A stretch of DNA of 64,000 nucleotides from Nitrospirota bacterium (GTDB taxonomy: Bacteria > Nitrospirota > Nitrospiria > Nitrospirales > Nitrospiraceae), in assembly GCA_963701855.1 (NCBI GenBank), contig CAVPBK010000009.1, positions 96,001-160,000 on the forward strand, in the 5' to 3' direction. A program made the translations under genes and the position numbers. Shown in pieces: positions 38,494-48,766 of this stretch. The notes beneath the pieces were generated by a model. It worked only from the letters and a program-made list of their open reading frames with translations. It did not search any database and was not told the origin of the DNA. Positions within the stretch are counted from its first letter, which is position 1, and each line of letters starts with the position of its first letter.

Positions 38494-39285
38494 TTACCGT
38501 TTCAGATTATTGGCGATCGACATCATTTCATCCGAGGCTTGTATGGTCTTCGAGTTAATTTCATAGCTGCGTTGCGCAATGATCATGTTGACCATTTCCT
38601 CGGCCAGGTTCACGTTAGAACTTTCCAGGAACCCCTGTTGGATGGTTCCAAATCCCGTCGAGAATCCGCCGGTACCTTGGGTCGGAGGGCCGGAGGCAAA
38701 ACTGTCGAGAAATAGATTGCTTCCCATGGCCACAAGTCCGGACGGATTATCGAACCGGGTCAATTGGATCTGCCCCACTTGCGACGCTTGGGTGACGCCT
38801 GGGAGTAACACGGAAACGGTGCCATCTTGGGCGATGTCGAGCTTCAATGCCCCGGACGGGATCGTGATGACGGGATTGAGAGTATCGCCGTCTCCGGTCA
38901 CCAAATTCCCGATGTTGTCACGCTTGAAGGAGCCATTGCGGGTATACATGACTGTCCCGTCCGGCCGCGAGACCTGGAAAAACCCGGGGCCATCGATCGC
39001 CATGTCCAACTCGTTGTTCGTCTGCCGCATGTTTCCCTGCATCCATTCCTTGGCCACTGTCACGGGGCGAACTCCTGCACCGACCTGAATGCCGACTGGA
39101 AACACGCCGACGTTCGACGCACTGGTCCCCGGCATGCGTTGGATCTGATAAAGCAAATCGACGAACTCCGCGCGACTGCGCTTAAATGAATTCGTATTCA
39201 CGTTCGCCAGATTGTGGGCAATCGTGTCGACATTGATCTGTTGTGCGGTCATCCCGGTGGCCGCCGTCCACATTGCTCGAATCAT
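38494..39285 (-). CDS. flgG: Distal rod protein FlgG
   Basis: MIRAMWTAATGM, NLANVNT, LESSNVNLAEEMV. Confidence 0.96.
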   Translation of the reverse strand: MIRAMWTAATGMTAQQINVDTIAHNLANVNTNSFKRSRAEFVDLLYQIQRMPGTSASNVGVFPVGIQVGAGVRPVTVAKEWMQGNMRQTNNELDMAIDGPGFFQVSRPDGTVMYTRNGSFKRDNIGNLVTGDGDTLNPVITIPSGALKLDIAQDGTVSVLLPGVTQASQVGQIQLTRFDNPSGLVAMGSNLFLDSFASGPPTQGTGGFSTGFGTIQQGFLESSNVNLAEEMVNMIIAQRSYEINSKTIQASDEMMSIANNLKR

Positions 39286-39318
39286 ACAAACCTCCCTGCT
39301 TGTCCCGCTTGTCGCGCC

Positions 39319-40089
39319 CTATAACACTCGACCAACATTTTGGATCGAGAGTTCTGCCATATGGTCCAATGTCTGAATCAGCTTTTGCGACGACTCATAA
39401 TTCCGCATTCCCTGAATCATTTTGACCATCTCACCGATTGAGTTCACATTCGATTCTTCGATATGCCCGCCCTGAACTTGCGAGTTCTTCGCCGGTCTGG
39501 CTGACTCCGATGCGAACAGTCCTTCGAAATGTTTCTGAGGCATGTGATCCACAGGAAAATCCATCACTTTGATCGTCGCGACCGGTCGCCCATCAACATC
39601 AATCGCCCCTTGCGTATTCACCTGGACAGTGCCAGGCGGGATCTTGATTTCTCCTTTTGTGCCCATCACCGGATAACCCAGATTCGTAACCAATCGGCGC
39701 TGAGAGTCCAACGAGAACATGCCGCTCCTGGTGTAGCGAATGCCTTGAGGAGTCTTGACCTCAAAAAATCCGCTTCCTTGGATCGCCGTATCGAGAGGAT
39801 TTCCTGTGATTCTGATCCGCCCGGCCTCAAAGATCGTGTGGACGGCATTAGGGGCCACAAACACTCGCTCAGCTGGGCCGGCAGGACTGACGCCAATCTG
39901 CTGACCGAAACCGACTGAATGCCCAAAGACCGGCATGGATGCCTGTACCTGCGCCATAACGGACGTAAACGACTGGCCGTCCTGTTTAAATCCAGCAGTA
40001 TTGATATTCGCCATATTATTGGCGAAGACCTGTATCTGACGCTCTTGCGCCAGCGCACCGGAAAGGATGGGATAGATGGCTCGATTCAT
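39319..40089 (-). CDS. flgF: Proximal rod protein FlgF
   Basis: ANNMANINTAGFK, TGNPLD, YTRSG, EESNVN. Confidence 0.93.
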   Translation of the reverse strand: MNRAIYPILSGALAQERQIQVFANNMANINTAGFKQDGQSFTSVMAQVQASMPVFGHSVGFGQQIGVSPAGPAERVFVAPNAVHTIFEAGRIRITGNPLDTAIQGSGFFEVKTPQGIRYTRSGMFSLDSQRRLVTNLGYPVMGTKGEIKIPPGTVQVNTQGAIDVDGRPVATIKVMDFPVDHMPQKHFEGLFASESARPAKNSQVQGGHIEESNVNSIGEMVKMIQGMRNYESSQKLIQTLDHMAELSIQNVGRVL

Positions 40090-40116
40090 GTGTGCTCTTC
40101 CAAAATATGCCGCTGG

Positions 40117-40240
40117 CAGGATGCTGAAAAAGTCTGCCAGCAGCGTTCTCGCATCGTTCAGACCCTCAACGTACCCCAGAGGGTACGCCTCGGCCCTTCA
40201 CTTGCTGCGGCCTTGCTGGACAGGCTTTTTGAGCATCCTG
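40117..40240. mobile_element. 124 bp MITE/REP-like element with terminal inverted repeats
   Basis: CAGGATGCTGAAAAAG...CTTTTTGAGCATCCTG with internal GTACC/GGTAC palindrome; inverse-oriented homologue of 62504-62628. Confidence 0.85.
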
Positions 40241-40333
40241 AGTGGATGTTCTTCCTTTGTCCCAAACAAGCAGACCAGCGACGTTCTGCTGTATCGAGAT
40301 AGTTTTTCCGCAGTCTGTTCGACCACGTCACAT

Positions 40334-40349
40334 CGCAACATGCATGCCA
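40334..40349 (-). promoter_or_regulatory. Sigma54 promoter of the flgF operon
   Basis: TGGCATGCATGTTGCG (GG-N10-GC). Confidence 0.75.
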
Positions 40350-40616
40350 TTGGTCTGCGCGATGTAGTTCTGCACGTCGCGTACACGGCCAGCCACTCTG
40401 AACGTAGTAAATACAGTCTGATGGCACGGCCACATTTATTAAGGTCCGGAAGTCGTTAAGAAAAGAATGCGGAAGAAATAGGCAGGACTAGGAAAAGATT
40501 GCCGGAGCGGGAAGAATATTGTGGGTTGAAAGCGGCAAAAACGGTAATTCGAAGTTCGTGAAGCGTGAAACGCAAGAGCCGTGTATTGCTCCCTCGCTTC
40601 AAGCGCAACAGTTTAT

Positions 40617-41390
40617 TTATGCCGCTTGTTTGGATGCTGCGGGCATTGGTTCAGGAGTGCTTGAAGAGACTATGGGCGAAGTATATTGAACCGCCTGCCC
40701 CTCAGACTTCGCCTTTTTCACCGCCTGCATGGCCTGTTTAATCAACCTCTCATGGTCCTTAGCGTCCTGTGGATACAGCGCGACACCGATACGGCACATC
40801 TGGAACAGCTCATGTCCCTCCAAGGTGAGAGGAAGCCCCACTGTAGTCTGAAGTTTTTCCACAATGGTCGTGACCTCCTGATGGGATGTGAGATTGTCGA
40901 GAATCATCGCGAATTGATCCTGTGCCAGCCGTGCCACCGTTTCCGTGGAGTGCAAGACGCCCTTGACCCGAGCGGCTTGGACACGCACAAGGACGTTCCC
41001 ATTCGCTTGACCTTGACTCTCTGCCATCATCCGGAAGTGTTCTAACTCAACCACAAGCAGCGCGAGAGGTCGACCGGTTTTTGCGGCACGACAGACCGCT
41101 TGATCGAGCAATGTCCCGAACAAACGTCTGGTGGGCAAGCCCGTCACGTAATCATAGGTCGATGATAGTTCCGTGGGCTTCTCCGAAACTCTGGTTCGAT
41201 GGAATCGGTAGCTTGGATACTGGCCCTTCAACCACAGCCCTCCAAGGATGAGGAGACCGATCAGGCAGATCCCCATGATCACCGAGAGGGGAGAGATGGC
41301 GAAGGTAAATAATTGACTGGCCATCCAGCCATTCGGGAATCGACTGGCTGTGTCGCTATACGCGGACAGACGCATGATATTAAACGTCAC
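40617..41390 (-). CDS. Membrane-anchored degenerate GGDEF protein
   Basis: One TM helix, DYVTGLP, ARLAQDQF in place of RxGGDEF; metal-binding D replaced by E. Confidence 0.85.
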   Translation of the reverse strand: MTFNIMRLSAYSDTASRFPNGWMASQLFTFAISPLSVIMGICLIGLLILGGLWLKGQYPSYRFHRTRVSEKPTELSSTYDYVTGLPTRRLFGTLLDQAVCRAAKTGRPLALLVVELEHFRMMAESQGQANGNVLVRVQAARVKGVLHSTETVARLAQDQFAMILDNLTSHQEVTTIVEKLQTTVGLPLTLEGHELFQMCRIGVALYPQDAKDHERLIKQAMQAVKKAKSEGQAVQYTSPIVSSSTPEPMPAASKQAA

Positions 41391-41430
41391 GTTTTCCAGC
41401 GCCCGATGAAGGGGAGATTAACCATAATGC

Positions 41431-41458
41431 GTTTCGGTTGATTTTTGAGCAGACTTGA
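41431..41458 (-). promoter_or_regulatory. Probable sigma28 promoter of the degenerate GGDEF gene
   Basis: TCAAG-N15-ACCGAAAC. Confidence 0.55.
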
Positions 41459-41733
41459 GAGGTGTTGGACGAACAGAAACCGGCATCAGTGGCATAGAAC
41501 GAACAATCGTCCCACTCCGCTCCTGCCGCAGCACGGGAAGGCCAGACCTGCATTGTTCATGAGTGTTTTGGCTGCAATAGGCGGTCCGCGGCGTGAAAAG
41601 TCGTCCGTCAGGGAGTGGAGCTGTTGGTTTCTAGTTTCATGTTGTGAGAAAAAACCCTCCAAAACTTTGAACACATTAAACTCGAAACACCTCGCGACGA
41701 ACTGCCATAAATAATACTGTGGGCTAATGCGGC

Positions 41734-42483
41734 TCACTGCAGCACTTCGAGCTTCCCTTTTAGGCAAAGGACCGCTTTAGTATGAATCTGACACACGCGA
41801 GACTCTGTAACTTTGAGAATTTTACCGATTTCCTTCATGGTCAACTCTTCGTAGTAATACAGTGTGAGCACGAGCCGTTCCTTCTCCGCCAATTGCTGAA
41901 TTGCATCTGCCACCCGCTCACGTTCCCGATCATCGAGGATGATCGCAAGGGGGTCGGGGCGTTGCCTGTCGGCAAGCATATCGAGAATTTTCGGTCCATC
42001 CGGTTCATGCAGATTGATGTCGTCCAAGCTGACCAGGACGGCTCCTCGTGATCGCACAATGAAATCATCCAATTCCTCTAGAGACAGCTTCATTTCTGCT
42101 GCGACTTCCTCATCTGCTGGAGGACGGCCGAGCCTGTTCAACAATTTGGTGTGCGTGCGCTGCAATAGTGAAACGCGCTCATGAACCGACCGAGGTATCC
42201 AATCCATCGAGCGAATTTCATCCAACATGGCGCCCCGAATGCGAAACTCCGCATAGGTTTTGAATTTCGCTTCCCGGCCGGGATCGTACTTATCCATCGC
42301 ATCCATCAAGCCAATGATGCCGACCGACATGAGATCGTCCGCATCCATATAGGCTGGGAGACGGTAGGCCAGACGATGGGCCATTGCCTTCACAATATGC
42401 GCAAACTCTTTGATGATCTGTTCGCGATGTGAGCCAGTTGCCGGAGATATCTGCAGGTTTTGTTGCGTCGCTAAGTTGTTCAT
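41734..42483 (-). CDS. fliA: RNA polymerase sigma factor FliA (sigma28)
   Basis: FKTYAEFRIRGAMLDEIRSMDW, LYYYEELTMKEIG, ESRVCQIH. Confidence 0.96.
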   Translation of the reverse strand: MNNLATQQNLQISPATGSHREQIIKEFAHIVKAMAHRLAYRLPAYMDADDLMSVGIIGLMDAMDKYDPGREAKFKTYAEFRIRGAMLDEIRSMDWIPRSVHERVSLLQRTHTKLLNRLGRPPADEEVAAEMKLSLEELDDFIVRSRGAVLVSLDDINLHEPDGPKILDMLADRQRPDPLAIILDDRERERVADAIQQLAEKERLVLTLYYYEELTMKEIGKILKVTESRVCQIHTKAVLCLKGKLEVLQ

Positions 42484-42522
42484 AATCAGTGCGCCTCATA
42501 TCTCTGCATCAAATCGTGTCGC

Positions 42523-43383
42523 CTACGACATGGGGATCAATTGTTGCCACAGAAACTGCACTGTACTCTTCGGCAATTGAGGATCGGGCCACTCGGCGAT
42601 CTTTTTCGCCAACTGGACAAAGGCTCGGCTGGCTGGTGAACAGGGAAAGCGCTCCACCACTGCCTTCTGCTCGATAACGGCCATCGGCAGGTAATCGTCG
42701 AGGGGAATGAATCCCAGATACTCAAGGCTGATGTTCAGAAAACGCTCCGCGGCTACATCAAGCTTGCGGAATGTCTGAGTCGCTTCACGCTGACTTTTCA
42801 CCATGTTGACCAACACTTTGAATCGGCGTTCACGATGCTGCCGGCATAGCACCTTCATCAACGCATAGGCGTCGGTCAAGGAGGTCGGCTCCGGCGATAT
42901 AACAACGATGGTTTCCTGGGCTGCGGCGGCAAAATACGTGACATTGGGCGACACACCCGCTCCAGTGTCGATCAACAGCACCTCCACTGTGTCAGTCACC
43001 TGCTCTAATTCACTTTGAAGAATGAGTTGCTGCGAGTCGGTCAAGGAGGTGAGCTGCGGAAGCCCGGAGCCGGCTGGCAATACGTCGATTCCAGCCGGAC
43101 CTTGGATGATGATGTCGGACAAGCGATGCGATCCGGACAGCACATGCTCCAATGTATACCGAGGCACCAACCCCAAGAGCACATCGATATTGCCTAAGCC
43201 CAAGTCCGCATCCAGTACCAGCACTCGTTTTCCGGCTCGCGCCAACTCTACTGCAAGGTTGGCAACCACATTTGTTTTCCCCACCCCACCCTTACCGCTC
43301 GTCACGGTAATCACACGGGTGCAGAGGCTCCCTTGAGTTATTGTCGGCATCACTGCTTCTTGTTCATTCAACCTGTTCTTCAT
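42523..43383 (-). CDS. flhG: MinD-like ATPase FlhG/FleN
   Basis: SGKGGVGKT, DADLGLGN, PEPTSLTDAYAL. Confidence 0.94.
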   Translation of the reverse strand: MKNRLNEQEAVMPTITQGSLCTRVITVTSGKGGVGKTNVVANLAVELARAGKRVLVLDADLGLGNIDVLLGLVPRYTLEHVLSGSHRLSDIIIQGPAGIDVLPAGSGLPQLTSLTDSQQLILQSELEQVTDTVEVLLIDTGAGVSPNVTYFAAAAQETIVVISPEPTSLTDAYALMKVLCRQHRERRFKVLVNMVKSQREATQTFRKLDVAAERFLNISLEYLGFIPLDDYLPMAVIEQKAVVERFPCSPASRAFVQLAKKIAEWPDPQLPKSTVQFLWQQLIPMS

Positions 43384-44747
43384 GCGGAACCTCCCTGTTG
43401 CGCTTGTTGTGGCGTCGTTCCGCCCATGGATAAGACCGAGTCGCCGCCGATGATGGACGAGAGGCCTGATGGTATGAACCGGGCTGAGCCCCTGTCGAGT
43501 AACAGGTTTGCCAGCCGTGCCGAGTTCGCCGGCTCGAAATCTTCCGGTACCCTCGGGCCATTGCTCCAGTACGACAGAGGCAATGCCGTCTGGCGCACCA
43601 GTTCGAGGAGATTGCCGTATTCCTCGGTCTCGTCCAGCTTGGTAAAGAGCAGACGCGAAGGGGCACAGACTTCATAACGCGCCACGGTGCGCCTGAGATC
43701 CTGCATCCGTGTGGTGGCAGACAGGACCAGATGCGTCTCAATCGATCCATGCGAGTCTTTGAGGCCGGCAAGATTCATAAGCTGCGCCGTCTCATGGGGA
43801 CCGTACCCTGGCGTGTCGATCATGATCAGGCTTGCCTGGCGATGACGGCGGATGCCTTCGAGTACATCAGCCGTGGTCTGAGCCGTTTCGAGTGGAACTC
43901 CCAAAGCCTTTGCATACAGGCGAAGGTGCTCGACGGCAGCCATGCGGCAGGTATCGAGCGTGATCAGGACAATCGATCTGTTTTCTTGAAGTCGATAGTG
44001 GGCCGCGAGCTTGACGATTGCTGTCGTCTTCCCCGCCCCGCTCGGCCCGACAAACATGGCGACCTTGTAATCGTTCGCGGCATCCAACAAGGGTCCGCTG
44101 ACTCGGATCTGTTCCACGCAGAGAAGATGCAATGCATCCTGAATCTCGCTATCCGATTGGAGAGAACCCGGTGAAAGGCGGCGCCGAAGTACAAGACAAA
44201 GACCTTCAGCAGTCGAGGGTCGCAGCCCCTGCGCAACTAGAAGACGGCAGGCTCGCGCCAGTGGTGCGGGGAAGTTCGACCCTGCCATCTGCGATTCATC
44301 CGGCAACGAAGACGCGAGGAGCTGCTGCAGATCGAGAAGTTCGTTTTTGAGATGGCGAAAGCGCCACGGCGAAACTGATTGCGGCATTGACTTCACGGCC
44401 GGTGACGGAGCCCGAAGATTCTCTACCTCGAACTCCGATGCGCTATTGGCATGAAGCAATGCGCTCAATGTGTCTCGAAACGGAGGAGTGGGCTCTCGCT
44501 GACCCTCGACAGAAAGGGCGTCATCCTGCGTGGCCTGAGGAGTCGCCTGCTCAGCGGGCGCAGCATGGTCAGCGGTCGAATCGGTCGCAGCGGTTACCTC
44601 TAAGAGCGATCGCCCAAACAGCGAAAACGGCAAGCTCCCTCGCCGAACCCGCTTCGTTGAGAGAATGAGGGCGTCAGGTCCCAACTCTTCCTTGATGGCA
44701 CGGATGGCGTCATGCATGGTGTCGGCATGAAAAACTTTCATTTTCAT
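43380..44747 (-). CDS. flhF: SRP-family GTPase FlhF
   Basis: ELGPDALILS, GPSGAGKTT, DTCR, DTPG, TKLDET. Confidence 0.93.
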   Translation of the reverse strand: MKMKVFHADTMHDAIRAIKEELGPDALILSTKRVRRGSLPFSLFGRSLLEVTAATDSTADHAAPAEQATPQATQDDALSVEGQREPTPPFRDTLSALLHANSASEFEVENLRAPSPAVKSMPQSVSPWRFRHLKNELLDLQQLLASSLPDESQMAGSNFPAPLARACRLLVAQGLRPSTAEGLCLVLRRRLSPGSLQSDSEIQDALHLLCVEQIRVSGPLLDAANDYKVAMFVGPSGAGKTTAIVKLAAHYRLQENRSIVLITLDTCRMAAVEHLRLYAKALGVPLETAQTTADVLEGIRRHRQASLIMIDTPGYGPHETAQLMNLAGLKDSHGSIETHLVLSATTRMQDLRRTVARYEVCAPSRLLFTKLDETEEYGNLLELVRQTALPLSYWSNGPRVPEDFEPANSARLANLLLDRGSARFIPSGLSSIIGGDSVLSMGGTTPQQAQQGGSA

Positions 44748-44755
44748 AGATCACC

Positions 44756-46849
44756 TCAAGGTAGAAGACCTTCTCCATCCAGCCTAATGGTATCCAGCGA
44801 TTGGAGCCGGACCATCGAATCGAGTTCGTTGAATCCCACCACCGGCACGGCATGGAGTATCCGATCGGTCAATCGGCGGATATGGCGCCGGAGTGCCGGG
44901 GAACAGAGCAGCACCGGCTGATGGCCGCGCGCGGCGACACGTTCCACCGTCTGTTTCATCGTCGTCAACAATGTGTGGGAGAGACCGGGATCCAGATTCA
45001 GCATGCCCCCTTGCGGAACCGCAGCAGCCTGCTCGCTCAAGGACCGATCAAGCCGCGGATCGAGCGTGATTACAGGCAACGAGCCGTCCGGAGCTTGATA
45101 CTGCCGTATAATCGTCCGCCCCAACACCTGCCGTGCCAGTTCCGTGAGCAGCTCAGGATCTTTGGTAGTGCCCGCGTGGTCGGCCAGGGCTTCGATGATC
45201 GATCGAAGATCCCGGATCGGAATGCCTTCACGCAGCAAGTTGCCAAGGACACGAACGACCGTTCCAAGAGGCAGTAAGGTGGGAATCAGCTCTTCAACCA
45301 GTTTGGGATGGACTTTCGCCAACTCGTCGAGCAGCGATTGCACCTCCTGCCGGCCCAATAATTCATGCCCATGGCGTTTAATAATTTCAGATAAATGCGT
45401 AGCGATGGCCGAACTGGCATCTACGACAGTATAGCCGGCCAGTTGCGCTTGCTCGCGCGTGGCCTCCGTCACCCACAGCGCAGGCAACCCGAACGCCGGT
45501 TCCTTTGTGGCTACACCATGAATGATGCCCCGCTGGGCGGTTCCCGGATCGATGGCCAGCACGTGCGACGGCAACACGTCGGCCTTCGTCAACTCCACGC
45601 CTTTGAGCATGACGGCATACTCGTTGGGGCGTAGTTGGAGGTTGTCTCGAATATGAATGGGTGGCAGGAGAAACCCCATGGTATCCGCGAACTGTTTCCT
45701 AAGCCCCTTGATTCGGTCGAGTAACGCGGTTCCATGTTTGCCTTCCACTAACCCGATGAGTCCGTACCCTACCTGTACTTCCATCAAATCGAGCGGAGCC
45801 AGTTGTGGTGTAGTGCTTTCAACTTGTGGCGACGAGGAAACAGACGCCGGCTCGGTGGGTTTCTTCGCCTCCTGCGACAAACGGTAGGCAAACCAGGCCG
45901 CGCCAGCCCCCAACCCAAGAAACGCAAAATGGGGCAAGCCGGGGACAACGCCGAGTGCCAGCAAAATTCCAGCCGCTGTGCCGACGGCTTTGGGCGAGAA
46001 GAGCATCTGCCGTGTGATCTGAGATCCGAGATCGGCATCCGACGCAGCGCGAGTCACCACAATGCCAGCGGCCGTTGAGATAAACAACGCGGGAATCTGC
46101 GCGACCAGCCCTTCTCCGACCGTCAAGAGCGTATAGGTTTGCGCCGCCAATCCTGGGCTCATGCCCTGCTGTAAGATGCCGATCGTCAGTCCACCGATGA
46201 TGTTGACCAGGACAATGATGATCGCCGCCACGGCGTCTCCCCGAACAAACTTGCTGGCGCCGTCCATGGAACCGTAGAAATCGGCTTCTTCTGCGATTTC
46301 CCGCCGCCGCCGCCTTGCTTCCGTCTCGTTGATCAATCCGGCATTCAGATCGGCATCGATGCTCATCTGTTTGCCCGGCATCGCATCCAAGGTAAACCGC
46401 GCCGCCACTTCGGCGACTCGACCGGCGCCTTTGGTCACGACCACGAAGTTGATGACGACCAAGATTGAAAACACGACGAGACCGACCGTGTAGTTTCCAC
46501 CCACGACAAAGTTGCCGAATGCCCGAATCACCTCGCCCGCTGCGCCTGCGCCTTCATTGCCGTGCAGAAGAATCAGCCGTGTCGACGCAATGTTCAGAGA
46601 CAAGCGGAATAACGTCACGATCAGAAGAATAGAAGGAAAAGCCGAGAACTCGATCGGACGCCGGACTTGCAGCCCCACCAGTAAGATGATCACGGACAGT
46701 GTAATGTTGAAGGCAAGCAGGAGATCTAGGAAAAATCGGGGAAGCGGCAGGACCATCAGCATGATGACTCCCACCACGCCAAGCGATACGAGAATGTCCG
46801 GGTGTTTAATAAACGACGATGGGGACATTGTATTGGGTTCAGCCGCCAT
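44756..46849 (-). CDS. flhA: Export gate protein FlhA
   Basis: RVAEVAARFTLDAMPGKQMSIDADL, DGASKFVRGDA. Confidence 0.97.
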   Translation of the reverse strand: MAAEPNTMSPSSFIKHPDILVSLGVVGVIMLMVLPLPRFFLDLLLAFNITLSVIILLVGLQVRRPIEFSAFPSILLIVTLFRLSLNIASTRLILLHGNEGAGAAGEVIRAFGNFVVGGNYTVGLVVFSILVVINFVVVTKGAGRVAEVAARFTLDAMPGKQMSIDADLNAGLINETEARRRRREIAEEADFYGSMDGASKFVRGDAVAAIIIVLVNIIGGLTIGILQQGMSPGLAAQTYTLLTVGEGLVAQIPALFISTAAGIVVTRAASDADLGSQITRQMLFSPKAVGTAAGILLALGVVPGLPHFAFLGLGAGAAWFAYRLSQEAKKPTEPASVSSSPQVESTTPQLAPLDLMEVQVGYGLIGLVEGKHGTALLDRIKGLRKQFADTMGFLLPPIHIRDNLQLRPNEYAVMLKGVELTKADVLPSHVLAIDPGTAQRGIIHGVATKEPAFGLPALWVTEATREQAQLAGYTVVDASSAIATHLSEIIKRHGHELLGRQEVQSLLDELAKVHPKLVEELIPTLLPLGTVVRVLGNLLREGIPIRDLRSIIEALADHAGTTKDPELLTELARQVLGRTIIRQYQAPDGSLPVITLDPRLDRSLSEQAAAVPQGGMLNLDPGLSHTLLTTMKQTVERVAARGHQPVLLCSPALRRHIRRLTDRILHAVPVVGFNELDSMVRLQSLDTIRLDGEGLLP

Positions 46850-46863
46850 GATTTTCTTACCCC

Positions 46864-47952
46864 TTACCGGGCCACTCTTTCAGACGTGAGTCCTCGCGCA
46901 CGGAACACAAACGCAAGAATCTCCGCCACCGCACGGTAGAGATCGGCGGGGATTTCCTTTCCGATATCGACGAGTTTATAAAGTGTCCGAGCCACGAATT
47001 TGTTCTCGACGACGGCTACCCCGTGCTGCCTGGCCACTGCGCGAATCTGTTCTGCGATATGACCGGCGCCCTTCGCAACAACGATCGGAGCAGACATACG
47101 CGCCGTGTCATACTTGAGTGCGACGGCAAGGTGCGTCGGGTTCGTCACGACCACGTCCGCTTCCGGAACTGCCGCCATCATGCGTTTTCTCATCATGTCC
47201 CGCTGAACGCTTCGCACCCGGCTCTTGATCAACGGATCGCCTTCTGTGTCACGATGTTCTTCTCTTACCTCTTGAACGGTCATCCGCAAGGAACGCTCCC
47301 ACTCCCACCGTTGATAGAAAAAGTCTGCCACTGCCACCACGGAAATGGCCCCCGTGATCACGGCTGCGACTTTCAACGTCAGCCACCCCATGACCGTCAA
47401 GAGCCCCCATATGTCATAGTCCACCAACTCCGGAAGACGCGGAAGATCCTGCCAGAGTACAAAGGCGCCGACTCCGCCGATGATCGAAATTTTGAGCAAA
47501 GCTTTGATTAACTCCGAGACAGATCGGAGGCTCACGAGGCGGCCGAATCCCTTGATCGGATTCAACCGGCCGATGTCGAACGGGAGGGAGGACTTCCACA
47601 GCAACCCCGTCTGAGCGAGGGTGGCCGCGGCCCCAACGAGCGCCAACCCGCCAAGAAATGGCAGCATGAACACCAAGCTTGTGGAACTTACCTCAATCAG
47701 CAGAGAGTGAAGCTGGTCGATCGTCAAGCTGGCATGAACCACACGATCGAAGGATCTCGTGAGACCCAACCGGGTGGCATCGGTCAGCTGATGCATGCCC
47801 GGACCGGCAAATAGCGCCAACAACCCGATGCCGGCGAAGAGGAGGGCCGCGGTGGTCACATCTCGGCTCACCGCAATATTGCCATCCTTGCGGGCATCCG
47901 CTTTCCGTTTCTCTGTCGCCGGTTCAGTTTTGTTGTCGCGGTCTTCAGCCAT
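46864..47952 (-). CDS. flhB: Export switch protein FlhB
   Basis: KTEPAT, EGDP, NPTH autocleavage motif. Confidence 0.97.
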   Translation of the reverse strand: MAEDRDNKTEPATEKRKADARKDGNIAVSRDVTTAALLFAGIGLLALFAGPGMHQLTDATRLGLTRSFDRVVHASLTIDQLHSLLIEVSSTSLVFMLPFLGGLALVGAAATLAQTGLLWKSSLPFDIGRLNPIKGFGRLVSLRSVSELIKALLKISIIGGVGAFVLWQDLPRLPELVDYDIWGLLTVMGWLTLKVAAVITGAISVVAVADFFYQRWEWERSLRMTVQEVREEHRDTEGDPLIKSRVRSVQRDMMRKRMMAAVPEADVVVTNPTHLAVALKYDTARMSAPIVVAKGAGHIAEQIRAVARQHGVAVVENKFVARTLYKLVDIGKEIPADLYRAVAEILAFVFRARGLTSERVAR

Positions 47953-48733
47953 GTCCAAGCGCCCTTAAAAGCCTTTCGATCGTGTCGTGCAATCCCATAA
48001 ATTCCCGTTCAAGCAGCGAGACGGTGTAGGGCAACGCCAGACCTAAGACCAGCAGTCCACCCGCGATCGTTAGGGGAAAGCTCAATACAAAGACATTGAT
48101 CTGCGCAACGGCTCGTCCCAACATGGCCAGCAAGAGATTCATGAGGATCATGGCTACGAGTACCGGCGCTGCCAGCTGCAAGGCAACCAGAAACATATGT
48201 TGAGACAGCTGGAGCACTTCCTCACCGAGAGCGGGAGAGAGCCTGGCTCCAAATGGCGGGATGGTGTCATAACTCGACACGATGGCAGCCACAACGATCA
48301 TGTGCGCATTCAGCGAAAGAAAAACCAGGGAAGCGATGATTCGAAAATACTCGCTGATCAACGACGAATGTTGTGAGGTCATGGGATCCAACAGCTGCAC
48401 CGCACCGAACCCGATCTGCATTCCAAGCATATCGCCGGCCACTTCGAACGATGCAAACAGCAATCGGACAGCCAGCCCAATCACCAGGCCGATGAGCAGT
48501 TCACTCGCAAGCCCGGCAGTCATTTCGATCGTGTTCTGTGACAACGGCGGAAGCCGAATGAGCGGCGTGAGGGCGATTCCCAATATCACGACAAGCGCGA
48601 TTTTGATTTGAACCGGAACCGTCCGCCCTCCCAACATCGGAAATGCCGCAACGATGCCTCCGATACGGGACACCAAAACCAGAAACGACTGGAATTCCGG
48701 CAAGAGAAGATGAAGTGATGGCACCGTACTCAT
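47945..48733 (-). CDS. fliR: Export protein FliR
   Basis: Multi-TM, AGD..G.QIGFG, QINVF..FP. Confidence 0.94.
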   Translation of the reverse strand: MSTVPSLHLLLPEFQSFLVLVSRIGGIVAAFPMLGGRTVPVQIKIALVVILGIALTPLIRLPPLSQNTIEMTAGLASELLIGLVIGLAVRLLFASFEVAGDMLGMQIGFGAVQLLDPMTSQHSSLISEYFRIIASLVFLSLNAHMIVVAAIVSSYDTIPPFGARLSPALGEEVLQLSQHMFLVALQLAAPVLVAMILMNLLLAMLGRAVAQINVFVLSFPLTIAGGLLVLGLALPYTVSLLEREFMGLHDTIERLLRALGHG

Positions 48734-48766
48734 AATTCTTTTGTGATTGAACGCATCAAGACCGAA

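Noticed and set aside
40076..40459. Several short ORFs (MLKKSASSVLAS.., MLKKPVQQGRS..)
   Set aside because: They are translations of the MITE-like element
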